Shown here: positions 31,159 to 40,602 of the stretch, piece by piece
Numbering within the stretch: the first letter of the stretch is position 1
How the letters are laid out: each line of letters begins with the position of its first letter
Source: Phormidesmis sp.
GTDB taxonomy: Bacteria > Cyanobacteriota > Cyanobacteriia > Leptolyngbyales > Leptolyngbyaceae
Direction: 5' to 3'
Assembly: GCA_965248535.1 (NCBI GenBank)
Contig: CBDFJR010000005.1
Span: 1,600,001-1,664,000, forward strand
Length of the DNA: 64,000 nt
Program-made: the position numbers and the translations under genes
Notes under the pieces: model-generated
Told to the model about the DNA's origin: nothing
The model's database searches: none
Seen by the model: only the letters and a program-made list of their open reading frames with translations

Positions 31159-31252
31159 CAGCCTACACAATCAATTTCAATCCTGTAATCCAGGATCAGC
31201 TTTGTCGGGCAAATCCAGAGATGAAGTTTGAGCGCAATACCCAACGAGAACA
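31155..31252 (+). pseudogene. 5' remnant of a Uma2-family endonuclease gene
   Basis: [32 protein letters not shown] resembles Uma2 N-termini with a short internal deletion, then breaks off at the convergent TA module. Confidence 0.7.
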
Positions 31253-31253
31253 G

Positions 31254-31481
31254 CTAAGTTGGGCGGCGGCTAGCATCCATTACTTCCTCACCAGGAGTTT
31301 TTGCTCGTCTGCTCCAACGTGTTGTTATACCGGGCTTTCGCGACAAGTTAACGACTTCTCTGCCGCTTTCTGCTTCCTTCTTGCGTAGGTCTGCAAAGAT
31401 TGCGTCCAAATCGTAGTTGAAGGATTTCGCATACTCTTCACGGATTCGGTGGATCTCTTCGACAATCTCATCTGTCCACAT
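31254..31481 (-). CDS. Small protein coupled to the PIN gene (putative antitoxin)
   Basis: MWTDEIVEEIHRIREEYAKSFNYDLDAIFADL, starting 3 nt after the PIN gene stop. Confidence 0.75.
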   Translation of the reverse strand: MWTDEIVEEIHRIREEYAKSFNYDLDAIFADLRKKEAESGREVVNLSRKPGITTRWSRRAKTPGEEVMDASRRPT

Positions 31482-31484
31482 AAC

Positions 31485-31958
31485 CTAATCTCCCATTAGT
31501 TCATTGGGTGTGCACAGGATAGGCAACACATAGCCAAAATCTAGACTAATCTCCGCCAACTTCCTCTGCATTTGGGCATTGGCGATATGTTTGCAATTCC
31601 ACGTTAACAGATAATCCATGCCGTGTATGGTAGCGGCAGCGATGTGGATCGCGTCCACCCTCGCCTTTGCAGGAAGACTACTTTGAGCGAGAAATTGCGC
31701 AGCTAAACCTTGTACGACTTGATTCAATGACAGCAAGGGAAAATTGCGCAGAATCTCCCGTCGTTGAGCAGCAATCTTTGCGTCCCCCTGTGCCACTTCC
31801 TCTAGAACCGCCTCCGAAGTGTAGAGAGTGAAGGCGTTTCGACGAGATTCCCACCAGTCTTTTGTGATCTCAATATTTGCAGCCAAGATCAGGTCTTTGG
31901 TTGACCTAGCAGTAAGGTATCCCAAGATACTAGTTTCGATATAGACAGTCTCGGTCAT
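31485..31958 (-). CDS. PIN-domain (VapC-like) toxin
   Basis: VYIETSILGYL, SEAVLEE, DAIHIAAA and DYLLTWNCKHIANA motifs. Confidence 0.88.
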   Translation of the reverse strand: MTETVYIETSILGYLTARSTKDLILAANIEITKDWWESRRNAFTLYTSEAVLEEVAQGDAKIAAQRREILRNFPLLSLNQVVQGLAAQFLAQSSLPAKARVDAIHIAAATIHGMDYLLTWNCKHIANAQMQRKLAEISLDFGYVLPILCTPNELMGD

Positions 31959-32053
31959 ATTTATTTAACTCACGACTATCGCTGGGAGACTCTCACCCCT
32001 GATCAAAAAAAGCGGTTTCCGGCGATCGTGCCTGACTTTTGATTTTGCCCATT

Positions 32054-32090
32054 AAAAAGCGGCAGTTGACTATTCATCAGCTTACCGCTT
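32054..32090 (-). terminator. Terminator after frr
   Basis: AAAAAGCGG...CCGCTT stem with an A-run on the plus strand. Confidence 0.55.
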
Positions 32091-32132
32091 GCAAAATTGA
32101 GATTCCAATCTTTGAAGATTAGTTTGACGAAT

Positions 32133-32681
32133 TTAGACCGTCAGAATGTCTTTTTCTTTTTCTGCCAAAACTCTTTCCACTTCAGCGACATATTTGTCGG
32201 TTAGCTTTTGAATTTTGTCTTGAGTATCCTTCGATTCGTCTTCAGAGACTTCCTTCGCCTTCTCTTGCTTTTTCACCGCATCGACCGCATCCCGGCGAAT
32301 ATTCCGAACCGAGACTTTGCCCTCTTCAGAATATTTGGTGGCTAGTTTCACCAGTTCTTTGCGGCGATCGCTGGTCAACGGCGGAATATTTAATCGAATC
32401 GCTGACCCATCATTGTTGGGCATTAACCCTAAACCAGACATCGAAATCGCCTTCTCAATGATCGCCAGACTGCCCCGATCGTAAGGCTGAATCTGAATGG
32501 TGCTCGAATCAGGCGTACTAATATTCGCCAAAGCCTTGAGAGACGTAGGAGTCCCATAATATTCGACCGACACTTTATCTAGAAGACTAGTGCTGGCTCG
32601 ACCCGTCCGAATGGTATTAAAAGACCGCTGAGTGGCTTCGATCGCCTTCTTCATATGGTCTTCGACATCAGCAAACTTCAC
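32133..32681 (-). CDS. frr: Ribosome recycling factor
   Basis: [19 protein letters not shown] and VRNIRRDA motifs. GTG start overlapping pyrH. Confidence 0.97.
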   Translation of the reverse strand: MKFADVEDHMKKAIEATQRSFNTIRTGRASTSLLDKVSVEYYGTPTSLKALANISTPDSSTIQIQPYDRGSLAIIEKAISMSGLGLMPNNDGSAIRLNIPPLTSDRRKELVKLATKYSEEGKVSVRNIRRDAVDAVKKQEKAKEVSEDESKDTQDKIQKLTDKYVAEVERVLAEKEKDILTV

Positions 32682-33396
32682 AGAGACCTCCGACAATCGT
32701 TCCGATAGATTCTCCCATCACTGCACGGCGCACATTTCCGGCAACCGACAAATCAAAGACGATGATGGGGATATTGTTATCTTTACACAACGAGATGGCC
32801 GTGCTGTCCATAACTTTGAGATCGTGGGTCAACACATGAGAATAGGTGAGACTCTTAAAGCGCTTGGCCTCAGGATGATGCGCGGGGTCAGCGTCATAGA
32901 CCCCATCGACCTTGGTCGCTTTAAACAGCACATCTGCCCCAATCTCAGCCGCCCTTAAAGCAGCCGTTGTGTCTGTGGTGAAAAAGGGATTGCCAGACCC
33001 CGCCCCAAACACGACGACTCGACCTTTTTCGAGATGGCGAATGGCGCGACGACGAATGTAGGGTTCGGCAACTTCTTGCATGGCGATCGCCGTTTGCACT
33101 CGTGTCGGCACTCCCATGTGCTCTAGAGCATCTTGCAGGGTCATGGCATTCATGACGGTAGCAATCATGCCGATATAGTCAGCGGTGGCTCGCTCCATGC
33201 CTGCCGCTGCCCCTTTCACCCCTCTGAAAATATTGCCGCCGCCGACCACGATCGCGATCTGAACTCCAGTGGCGGCGATTTCTGAAACTTCTTCAGCAAT
33301 CCCGTTGACTACGGCAGGATCGATCCCGTAGGACAGGTCGCCCATCAGGGCTTCACCACTGAGCTTCAGCAGAATCCGCCGATAAGTTATTCCCAT
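32668..33396 (-). CDS. pyrH: UMP kinase
   Basis: [18 protein letters not shown] and GNPFFTTDT motifs. Confidence 0.98.
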   Translation of the reverse strand: MGITYRRILLKLSGEALMGDLSYGIDPAVVNGIAEEVSEIAATGVQIAIVVGGGNIFRGVKGAAAGMERATADYIGMIATVMNAMTLQDALEHMGVPTRVQTAIAMQEVAEPYIRRRAIRHLEKGRVVVFGAGSGNPFFTTDTTAALRAAEIGADVLFKATKVDGVYDADPAHHPEAKRFKSLTYSHVLTHDLKVMDSTAISLCKDNNIPIIVFDLSVAGNVRRAVMGESIGTIVGGLCEVC

Positions 33397-33527
33397 GTGA
33401 CGATGACTTGCGTGACTTCAATTGCTTTCACCTTAAGATAGCAGCAGATCAGGTGCTTTTATCAGATCTGCCTGGGAGAGCAGTCCTTGATAGTTTTGCT
33501 CTGAGGAATCACTCCTCAGAGAGATCG

Positions 33528-34076
33528 CTAGCTGTTGCGCCATTTGACAGAGCACCCGATCGGGTCAGTTGAAGTGGGCACGATCGCGTCTCCGATCAGA
33601 ACTTTCGCGATCGCGTTTCTCAAATAGTTCGCCTCGACAGCTTGAGGATTTTGGGGATTGTCGTCGATCGCGCCGCTATAGCAGAGCACACCCTGCTGGT
33701 TGAGCAAAAACACCTGGGGCGTTTTCTGGGCCCCAAACGCATTGGCCACTTCTTGAGTCACATCGCGAATATAGGGAAAATTCACCTGATGGTTGGTGGC
33801 AAAGGGTTTCATCTGCTCAAAGCTGTCTTCAGGAAACTGCTCTGCATCGTTGGGGTTAATGCCGATCAGCGTCAAGCCTTGCCCCTTAAAGTCGCTTTGA
33901 ATCTGCTTGAGGCGATCAAGATAGAGCGTCACATAGGGGCAGTGATTGCACATAAACACGACTCCGACCGCTCGAAACTGTTCAAGATAGCGGGCGAGAT
34001 GATGCACTGAGCCATCGGTTCCGGGGAGTTCAAAATCTGGAGCGTAGCCGCCAATCTGAGTTCCGATCGTGTCCAT
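33528..34076 (-). CDS. Thioredoxin/AhpC-TSA family protein
   Basis: APDFELP, CNHCPY and GCSVKW motifs. Confidence 0.9.
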   Translation of the reverse strand: MDTIGTQIGGYAPDFELPGTDGSVHHLARYLEQFRAVGVVFMCNHCPYVTLYLDRLKQIQSDFKGQGLTLIGINPNDAEQFPEDSFEQMKPFATNHQVNFPYIRDVTQEVANAFGAQKTPQVFLLNQQGVLCYSGAIDDNPQNPQAVEANYLRNAIAKVLIGDAIVPTSTDPIGCSVKWRNS

Positions 34077-34227
34077 AAAGTCAACTTAAAGGGTGAAGGA
34101 GTAAGACTTCAAAGCAAAACCGCATCCAAATCGTGACACAAAAAGGCTCAGGGTTCAAAGGGCAACGACTGGACGCTTGACGTTAAACTAGACTACATAA
34201 AAGTTTATAATTCTGTAATTAAGTTTT

Positions 34228-35118
34228 ATGGTGGCTTCTTCTGATCGGACGATCGACAAAACCTGGCTGTGGAAAGGCTTTAAAATTGCCTATCAAACCC
34301 AGGGCAGCGCGGGGCCTGCGGTGATTTTGATTCACGGGTTTGGCGCGTCCTATTATCACTGGCGCAAAAACACGCCAGAGTTAGCTAAGACGTACCGAGT
34401 CTATGCGGTGGATTTGATCGGGTTTGGTCAGTCAGAAAAGCCCGTGCCGATCGAGCAAGTTGACTACACCTTTGAGACGTGGGCGGAGCAGATCGCCGAT
34501 TTTTGTCGTGAAGTCGTGGGCGAATCGGCCTTTTTGGTGGGCAACTCGATCGGGTGCATTGTGGCGATGCAAGCTGCCGTCGATTATCCAGACCTCGCAC
34601 GGGGATTGGCGTTGATCAACTGTTCGTTAAGACTGCTGCACGATCGCAAACGCATCGGACAACCCTGGATTAAGCGCGTCGGTGCGCCCGTTTTGCAGGG
34701 AATTCTTAAACAGAAGTGGGTCGGCAATCTGTTTTTTAAGCAACTCGCCCAGCCCAAAACCGTTCGCAATATTTTGCTCAAGGCTTATGCCCGATCGGAA
34801 GCCGTCACCGATGAGCTAGTCGAGTTGTTGATGAGAGCGGCTCGCGATCGGGGTGCCGCAGCCGTTTTTGTCGCCTTCACAGGCTATTCTCAAGGGCCAC
34901 TGCCCGAAGATCTGTTCCCAAAACTGTCCTGTCCGACCCTGATTTTGTGGGGAGAAAAAGACCCGTGGGAACCGATCGAGCTTGGCAAAGCCTTTGCAGA
35001 CTATCCTCAAGTTGAAAAATTCATTCCACTAAAAGGGGTAGGTCATTGCCCCCAAGACGAAGCGCCAGAACTGGTTAACCCGATTTTGCGAGACTGGATC
35101 TTGTCCCATTCACCCTAG
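34228..35118 (+). CDS. Alpha/beta-fold hydrolase
   Basis: HGFG, GNSIG nucleophile elbow and GHCPQDEAPE motifs. Confidence 0.92.
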   Translation: MVASSDRTIDKTWLWKGFKIAYQTQGSAGPAVILIHGFGASYYHWRKNTPELAKTYRVYAVDLIGFGQSEKPVPIEQVDYTFETWAEQIADFCREVVGESAFLVGNSIGCIVAMQAAVDYPDLARGLALINCSLRLLHDRKRIGQPWIKRVGAPVLQGILKQKWVGNLFFKQLAQPKTVRNILLKAYARSEAVTDELVELLMRAARDRGAAAVFVAFTGYSQGPLPEDLFPKLSCPTLILWGEKDPWEPIELGKAFADYPQVEKFIPLKGVGHCPQDEAPELVNPILRDWILSHSP

Positions 35119-35308
35119 TAGTCCACCAAACAAACTCTGAGGAGTCATGTCAAACTACTTAGCCAAGATTTCGTTTGCAGGGGGTTTGGGGGAGGCAACC
35201 GTCCCCCAATGGGGGTTTGGGGGAGTGCCCCCAAGGGTCGGAAGCCCAAGACTATCGCATCATCGCCAAAGATCTGTACTAGTCAAAGTTGAATGGGTGA
35301 ACTACTAG
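35115..35308. mobile_element. MITE-like element with imperfect ~26-bp TIRs and a (C)TA(G) target duplication
   Basis: Left end CTAGTAGTCCACCAAACAAACTCTGA versus reverse complement of the right end CTAGTAGTTCACCCATTCAACTTTGA. Non-coding, with two internal GGGGGTTTGGGGGA..CCCCCAA units. Confidence 0.72.
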
Positions 35309-35919
35309 GCGTGAAGATCCTGCCAGCGTTTTTGCAGATCTTGAATCGTGAAAACAGTTTGAAACTTTAGCCCCACCGTTTTGTAGAACTCTGCGCCGCC
35401 CTGCTGACGATCGACGAGCGTAATCACTTCCTCAACTCGATAGCCCGCTTCTCGCAGTCGATCCACCGCTTTCATCGCCGATTGTCCCGTGGTCACCACA
35501 TCTTCTAACACCACCACCGGGCTGCCCTCTGGCAAAGTTGGGCCTTCAATATAGGCTTGAGTGCCGTGACCTTTAGCCTCTTTGCGGACAATTAAAGCCG
35601 CCAGCGATCGCCCTTCATAAGCCGCGACGACGCTAGCTGCGGTGACGATCGGGTCTGCGCCCAAGGTCAAGCCTGCCACCGCCACCGTTTCAGGCGACAC
35701 GTAAGGCAACAGAATTCGTCCTACCGCCAAACCGCCTTGAGGGTGCAGCGTCACCTGTTTGCCGTTAATGTAGTAGGTGCTTTTTTGCCCCGAAGACAGC
35801 AAAAAATCACCTTCTCGATAGGCGACCTCACAAAACAGCGTCAACAGCGCTTGACGAAGAGCAGGTAACTCGGCGATCGCCCACGGGAAATTTGCTGAAG
35901 ATTGAGACGGATTTGTCAT
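35305..35919 (-). CDS. pyrE: Orotate phosphoribosyltransferase
   Basis: LSSGQKSTYY, RKEAKGHG and VVLEDVVTTGQS motifs. Confidence 0.97.
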   Translation of the reverse strand: MTNPSQSSANFPWAIAELPALRQALLTLFCEVAYREGDFLLSSGQKSTYYINGKQVTLHPQGGLAVGRILLPYVSPETVAVAGLTLGADPIVTAASVVAAYEGRSLAALIVRKEAKGHGTQAYIEGPTLPEGSPVVVLEDVVTTGQSAMKAVDRLREAGYRVEEVITLVDRQQGGAEFYKTVGLKFQTVFTIQDLQKRWQDLHA

Positions 35920-36038
35920 AGGTAGGGCAGACTAGAGTTATTAATGATTGAGAAGATAGCGTGACGAACCCGGTCAAAACCCCGGTTTTAATCAACAATC
36001 CAAAGTTAAACTTTAGCGGAATAGTGGAGACAAATCCC

Positions 36039-36443
36039 ATGGGCGTGAGGTTAAAGAGTGTCTTGAGCTTAGTGGCTCTAGCGGCGGCTTCGACGGTGGC
36101 GACAGCAGCCACGGCTCAAGAAAGACCTGCGACGTTTAAGCCGCGTGAATCTGTGCCAGATGCGGTTAATCGGGCTTTTTATGGAGCGAGTGAAGGGTTT
36201 CAAGATGTCAAACGCCCGATCGAGGCTTTGGTTGGCGTGCCTAGATTTCCAGAAAACGCTATTGCTCGTGATGGCGATCGCGTCGATCGCATCTACCGCG
36301 ATTTGCTCAATCAGCAAAGCACCAGCGACCCCTTAATCCGCACGGTAGATCTACCAAACCCCTACAGCACGTCGGTTTTGACGCTTCCTAGTGCCAGTGT
36401 CAGCAACCGAGTAACTGGCTCTGAGCTAGTGTTTGGTCAATAG
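36039..36443 (+). CDS. Exported hypothetical protein
   Basis: GGAGA RBS, signal peptide ending ATA-QE, and FPENAIARD...DPLIRTVDLPNPYSTS. Confidence 0.75.
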   Translation: MGVRLKSVLSLVALAAASTVATAATAQERPATFKPRESVPDAVNRAFYGASEGFQDVKRPIEALVGVPRFPENAIARDGDRVDRIYRDLLNQQSTSDPLIRTVDLPNPYSTSVLTLPSASVSNRVTGSELVFGQ

Positions 36444-36455
36444 ACTTTGACGAAA

Positions 36456-36528
36456 TGCGCCGTGCTGGAATCGAACCAGCCTGAAGGCGAATTATGAGCT
36501 CGCTACCTCCCCAATCGGTCAACGGCGC
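36456..36528 (-). tRNA. trnI-CAU: tRNA with CAU anticodon, most likely tRNA-Ile2 (lysidine type)
   Basis: GCGCCGTTGACCGATTGGGGAGGTAGCGAGCTCATAATTCGCCTTCAGGCTGGTTCGATTCCAGCACGGCGCA folds as a cloverleaf. The GCGAR-CTCATAA-TTCGC arm resembles cyanobacterial Ile2 rather than fMet or elongator Met. Confidence 0.85.
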
Positions 36529-36677
36529 AGATGGGTTCGTGTAACATTTTAGCTTGAGTTTCGCGGTTGTCTCTCAGCCGCGATATTTTTTTTAATGGAG
36601 CGTGGTCTTAATCTCGTTTAGCGAATACAATTCAGGTCAAACCGCGTTTACCGTTCACTTAATCTTGATCACGATCG

Positions 36678-37337
36678 ATGCGAATTAATTCTACGGTTGC
36701 CCTGACTTTTATTTTGCTAACCCTGATGTTTGGTGCAGGCATCGTGACCGGAGCTTGGGGGTTTGCGATCGGACGAGAAGCCCTGAAGGGAATTACGCAG
36801 CCCGATGCCCGCCCCACTAACAAAGGGGGCAAAAAACCTAGCTCGACGCGAGCCTCAGAAGAGCTAGTGATTTTGCAGGAAGAAGATATTATCAAGAAGG
36901 TGAAAACCCGCCTAGATGGGAACGCAAAATCAGCCCCTGCCGCTACCCCCACTTCACCCAAACCAGAGCCAGAAAAACAGGTGACAGCCTCAGCCAAGTT
37001 TCCGATCGTCAGCCAAGACAAAGGGGTCACGATCGAAGTCAGCGGCGTTCGGCAGCGAGGAGACTCTGTAGTGTTTGATGTCTCTATCAAAAATGAGGGC
37101 ACCCAACCCGTCAAATTTCTCTATAGTTTTTTAAACGTCACCGATGAACAGGGGCGCGTGCTCAGTGCCGACACCGATCGCCTGCCAACCGAATTGCCAC
37201 CCAATAATCAGAAATTTAGCGGAACGGTTTCGCTTTCGACAACCCTGCTGGACAAGGCTCAAAAAGTCTCGATCCAGCTAACCGACTATCCTGATCAAAA
37301 GCTCCAACTGCGGATGGCTGACATCCCGGTCAAATAA
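36678..37337 (+). CDS. Membrane-anchored hypothetical protein
   Basis: N-terminal TM, GREALKGITQPD motif and a C-terminal Ig-like beta domain (FLYSFLNV, DYPDQ). Confidence 0.75.
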   Translation: MRINSTVALTFILLTLMFGAGIVTGAWGFAIGREALKGITQPDARPTNKGGKKPSSTRASEELVILQEEDIIKKVKTRLDGNAKSAPAATPTSPKPEPEKQVTASAKFPIVSQDKGVTIEVSGVRQRGDSVVFDVSIKNEGTQPVKFLYSFLNVTDEQGRVLSADTDRLPTELPPNNQKFSGTVSLSTTLLDKAQKVSIQLTDYPDQKLQLRMADIPVK

Positions 37338-37420
37338 GCCCAAACTAACAAAGTTCGGGGCATTATCTAAAGTCTTTTGATTGCCCATTGTGGTGCATTG
37401 TTTATGGGTCTTCTTCGCAA

Positions 37421-38872
37421 ATGATTGCCCCTTTTGCGGTCGGTTTGGTGTCGAGTGCGCTGCAAAGTCTAAGTTGGACGGATGTAGCGCTGAGATTTTC
37501 GTCAGTGTTGCTGCTGATCACGATTAATGCGTTTTTTGTGACGGCAGAGTTTGCGATCGTTTCGGTGCGGCGATCGCGCATTAACCAACTGGTTGACGCA
37601 GGAGACATTCAGGCTCGCACCGTGCAAAACTTGCAGCGCAGCATCGATCGCCTATTGTCTACCACTCAGTTGGGCATCACGCTGTCGAGTCTGGCCCTAG
37701 GCTGGATCGGCGAAAGCACGATGGCCGTCGTTGTGGCTAACTGGATTGCTCAACTGCCGTTTTCACCGTCGATCGTGCAAACCCTATCTCACTCGCTGGC
37801 GATTCCTCTAGCATTTTTGTTGATTGCCTATTTGCAAATCGTGTTGGGTGAATTGTGTCCTAAATCAGTGGCGATGCTCTACGCCGAAGAACTGGCGCGA
37901 TTTCTAGGGCCATTTAGTCTGGCGATCGCCCGCTTTTTTAACCCATTTATTTGGATTCTTAATCAATCGACGCGCTGTCTGCTGCGCCTGATCGGAGTCC
38001 AATACACCGGGCAGGGATGGTATAACCAGGTGACTCCTGAAGAGCTACAGCTAATCATCTCCACCTCTAGTGAATCGACGGGGTTAGAGGCTGAAGAACG
38101 CGAGCTTTTGAGTAATGTCTTTGAGTTTGGAGACGTTCCGGCGACTGAAGTCATGGTGCAGCGTCCAAGTATGATCACCCTGGGAGTCGATGCGACGGTT
38201 CGACATCTGTTAGAAGAAGTGGCCCATTCGGGACATTCTCGCTACCCGGTGATCGGTGACTCGCTGGATGATATCTGCGGCATGATTCACTTTAAAGAAC
38301 TGGCAGAGCCGTTAGTGCAGGGCACCTTGACCTTAGACAGTCCGATTAAGTCGTGGATTCACCCCGCGCAGTTTGTGCCAGAATATACGCCCTTGGGGGA
38401 ACTGCTGACCTTGATGCAGCGATCGCGACTGCACATGGTGGTGGTGGTCGATGAGTTTGGCAGCACCGCCGGGTTGGTCACCCTTCAGGATGTTGTTAGT
38501 CAGATTATTGGCGATAGCTCAGAGCCGCCAAGCGATGAAGAACTTTCGATTCAAATCCTCGATGAAAATACCTTCTTGATTCAAGCGCAGATGAATCTAG
38601 AAGAAGTGAACGAGGAGTTAAATCTAGAGTTTCCCCTAGCCGAAGAATATCAGACCCTCGGCGGTTTTTTGTTTTACCAGTGGCAAAAGATTCCGGCTCC
38701 GGGTGAGACGCTGCAATATGGCAACTGCGAGTTGACTGTGGTGTCTGCCGAGGGCCCGCGATTACATCAGATTCAGGTGCGACGAATTGAGCCATCGGAC
38801 GGGAGATCGAGCGATCTCTACCCCTCTAGCCCCACCGAGTCGCCTAACGAATCGCGGCGTGCCGATCAATAA
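37421..38872 (+). CDS. HlyC/CorC (CNNM) family transporter-associated protein
   Basis: NAFFVTAEFAIV, QLGITLSSL, GELCPKS, a CBS pair (VVDEFG) and a CorC domain. Confidence 0.93.
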   Translation: MIAPFAVGLVSSALQSLSWTDVALRFSSVLLLITINAFFVTAEFAIVSVRRSRINQLVDAGDIQARTVQNLQRSIDRLLSTTQLGITLSSLALGWIGESTMAVVVANWIAQLPFSPSIVQTLSHSLAIPLAFLLIAYLQIVLGELCPKSVAMLYAEELARFLGPFSLAIARFFNPFIWILNQSTRCLLRLIGVQYTGQGWYNQVTPEELQLIISTSSESTGLEAEERELLSNVFEFGDVPATEVMVQRPSMITLGVDATVRHLLEEVAHSGHSRYPVIGDSLDDICGMIHFKELAEPLVQGTLTLDSPIKSWIHPAQFVPEYTPLGELLTLMQRSRLHMVVVVDEFGSTAGLVTLQDVVSQIIGDSSEPPSDEELSIQILDENTFLIQAQMNLEEVNEELNLEFPLAEEYQTLGGFLFYQWQKIPAPGETLQYGNCELTVVSAEGPRLHQIQVRRIEPSDGRSSDLYPSSPTESPNESRRADQ

Positions 38873-38883
38873 TGCCAAAGCCC

Positions 38884-39537
38884 TCAGGTGCCCTCAAACC
38901 AAGCAACCACGGCAAACACTAAAAACAAAATGCCGCCTAGTTGAGTCACCGTTCGTTCTGAGATCCGCCCAGCGATCAGTTTGCCGCCAACGACGGCGAT
39001 CGCCGCGCAGATCGTGTGACCCGCGATCGCTCCCAGCGTCACCCCAACCGGATTGTTAGCCGCAGCTAGGGCGATCGTGGCAAATTGAGTCCGATCACCC
39101 CATTCCCCCACAAAAATCAGCACAAACGCTTCGGCGCAGATGGCAAACGGCGTTTTCTGTTTGAGATTGGCTTCGGCTTGGGCAATGGCCGCAATCGCGT
39201 CTCGCTCTGCCTCAGACGCACACTCAGCCGAGTCATTGGTTACCAGGGTGTGATCGCGGCATTCGGGCCGCATTTGAGCCGCGTCATAGAGCAACTTAAT
39301 GCCAAAGGCGACGAATAGCACGATCGCAGCATAGTGCGTCACGTCTTTGGGCAACAGTGATATAATCCGCCCTAAACAAACTGACAAAATGGTCATTGCA
39401 GCCAACGCCAGCACCGCACCAGCAAACACATAGCGGCGACGATGACGCATGGCTAAACACATCGCAATGAAGAAGGTCTTGTCGCCTAACTCAGACACGG
39501 TGATCAACAACAAACCCGCAGTAAAGGCAGTTAACAC
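38884..39537 (-). CDS. TMEM165/GDT1 (UPF0016) Mn2+ transporter, Mnx/PAM71-like
   Basis: ELGDKT and EWGDRTQ motifs. GTG start at 39537 after a GAGGAG RBS. Confidence 0.93.
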   Translation of the reverse strand: MLTAFTAGLLLITVSELGDKTFFIAMCLAMRHRRRYVFAGAVLALAAMTILSVCLGRIISLLPKDVTHYAAIVLFVAFGIKLLYDAAQMRPECRDHTLVTNDSAECASEAERDAIAAIAQAEANLKQKTPFAICAEAFVLIFVGEWGDRTQFATIALAAANNPVGVTLGAIAGHTICAAIAVVGGKLIAGRISERTVTQLGGILFLVFAVVAWFEGT

Positions 39538-39635
39538 GCTCTCAAGCTCCTCAGAATCAACAGTGTAGAGATTTTCTGAGTGGGCTTGATGAGGGTGCAA
39601 CGACTCCACCAAGCTCACATCAGATGTGAACTCAG

Positions 39636-39792
39636 TGAAGGTCTCGCTTACAAGTTTGGGTGCAGAGTTTAGAAGCAGTTTATTGACTGAATTCTTACTC
39701 TCTGTCTCCGATTTGTCACTTGAACCAGGCTCATCACCAGCATGTTGACTCAAGTGGGCTGGCGTTGGTTGACCAGCAGCTACTCCCCTTCA
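39636..39792 (-). promoter_or_regulatory. yybP-ykoY Mn2+ riboswitch
   Basis: Minus strand reads TGAAGGGGAGTAGC...GTCAACATGCTGG...CCTGG...GCGAGACCTTCA, directly upstream of a UPF0016 gene. Confidence 0.9.
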
Positions 39793-40088
39793 AACTATAA
39801 GAATTATACTTGAGTTTGGCGAGAGAAGCACGATCGGACTCTCAATTTTTTATCGTCTAGTTGCCCTGCAACCCAACTGAATGCCGACCCAAAAATCTTA
39901 TCTCGCTGCTGATTAGACTTTGACAAAAATTGGTCAGCAACTGGGTGAGATCCCTTATTCTTGATCCATGGTGACTTGAGTTCGGAAATCAAACCTGATG
40001 GAGGTAGAGAAAGCCGTCTACTAAAACCGCCTGTCTCTGATTAGATTGAAGTAGACCGATCGTGACTTTGAGTTTATAGGAGTTTGCT

Positions 40089-40472
40089 GTGAACCAGAAC
40101 AGCCTCAACAATCTTCAGTTAAGCATTACTGGCTTCGGACGCATTTTAACCATTATTGGGTTTGCGTGGTTGCTCGCGGCCTTAGGGCTGGGCTGGTTGA
40201 TAAAATCGTTTTTTGTGCTGCTGGCGCTGCTGCTGCTGGCCCCAGTCGTTGCATTTTTGGGCTTTCGGTGGTGGCTGCAAAAAAATCTGGTGCAAGATGC
40301 TTGCCCTGTCTGCCGCTATGAGTTTACAGGGTTAAATGGGGCGGCGATTCAATGCCCTAGCTGTGGAGAAGCCGTGCAGGTTGAGCAGGGACATTTTAGG
40401 CGGTTGACTCCGGCGGGCACGATCGACGTAGATGCGGTTGAAGTCTCGGCAACGACGATCGACGAAGGTTAA
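40089..40472 (+). CDS. Hypothetical membrane protein with a Zn-ribbon
   Basis: Two TMs, CPVC...CPSC and GTIDVDA. AGGAG RBS. Confidence 0.8.
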   Translation: MNQNSLNNLQLSITGFGRILTIIGFAWLLAALGLGWLIKSFFVLLALLLLAPVVAFLGFRWWLQKNLVQDACPVCRYEFTGLNGAAIQCPSCGEAVQVEQGHFRRLTPAGTIDVDAVEVSATTIDEG

Positions 40473-40504
40473 CTATCCAACGGACGAAGGTTAACTATCC
40501 AACG
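40461..40504 (+). repeat. 22-bp perfect tandem duplication spanning a stop codon
   Basis: GACGAAGGTTAACTATCCAACG occurs twice, followed by a degenerate partial copy. Confidence 0.9.
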
Positions 40505-40528
40505 AAAGCTAACCGCTAGCATTAATTT

Positions 40529-40560
40529 AAAAAGGGCGGACATTGGTATCCACCCTTTTT
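40529..40560. terminator. Bidirectional terminator
   Basis: AAAAAGGGCGGA...TCCACCCTTTTT between convergent genes. Confidence 0.75.
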
Positions 40561-40602
40561 AGTGCGTTCAAGTTTTATGCGGTTAAGTTGACTAGGAACG
40601 CC

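Noticed and set aside
39538..39753. 72-aa N-terminal extension on the TMEM165 protein
   Set aside because: It overlaps the riboswitch, and a GAGGAG RBS precedes GTG 39537.
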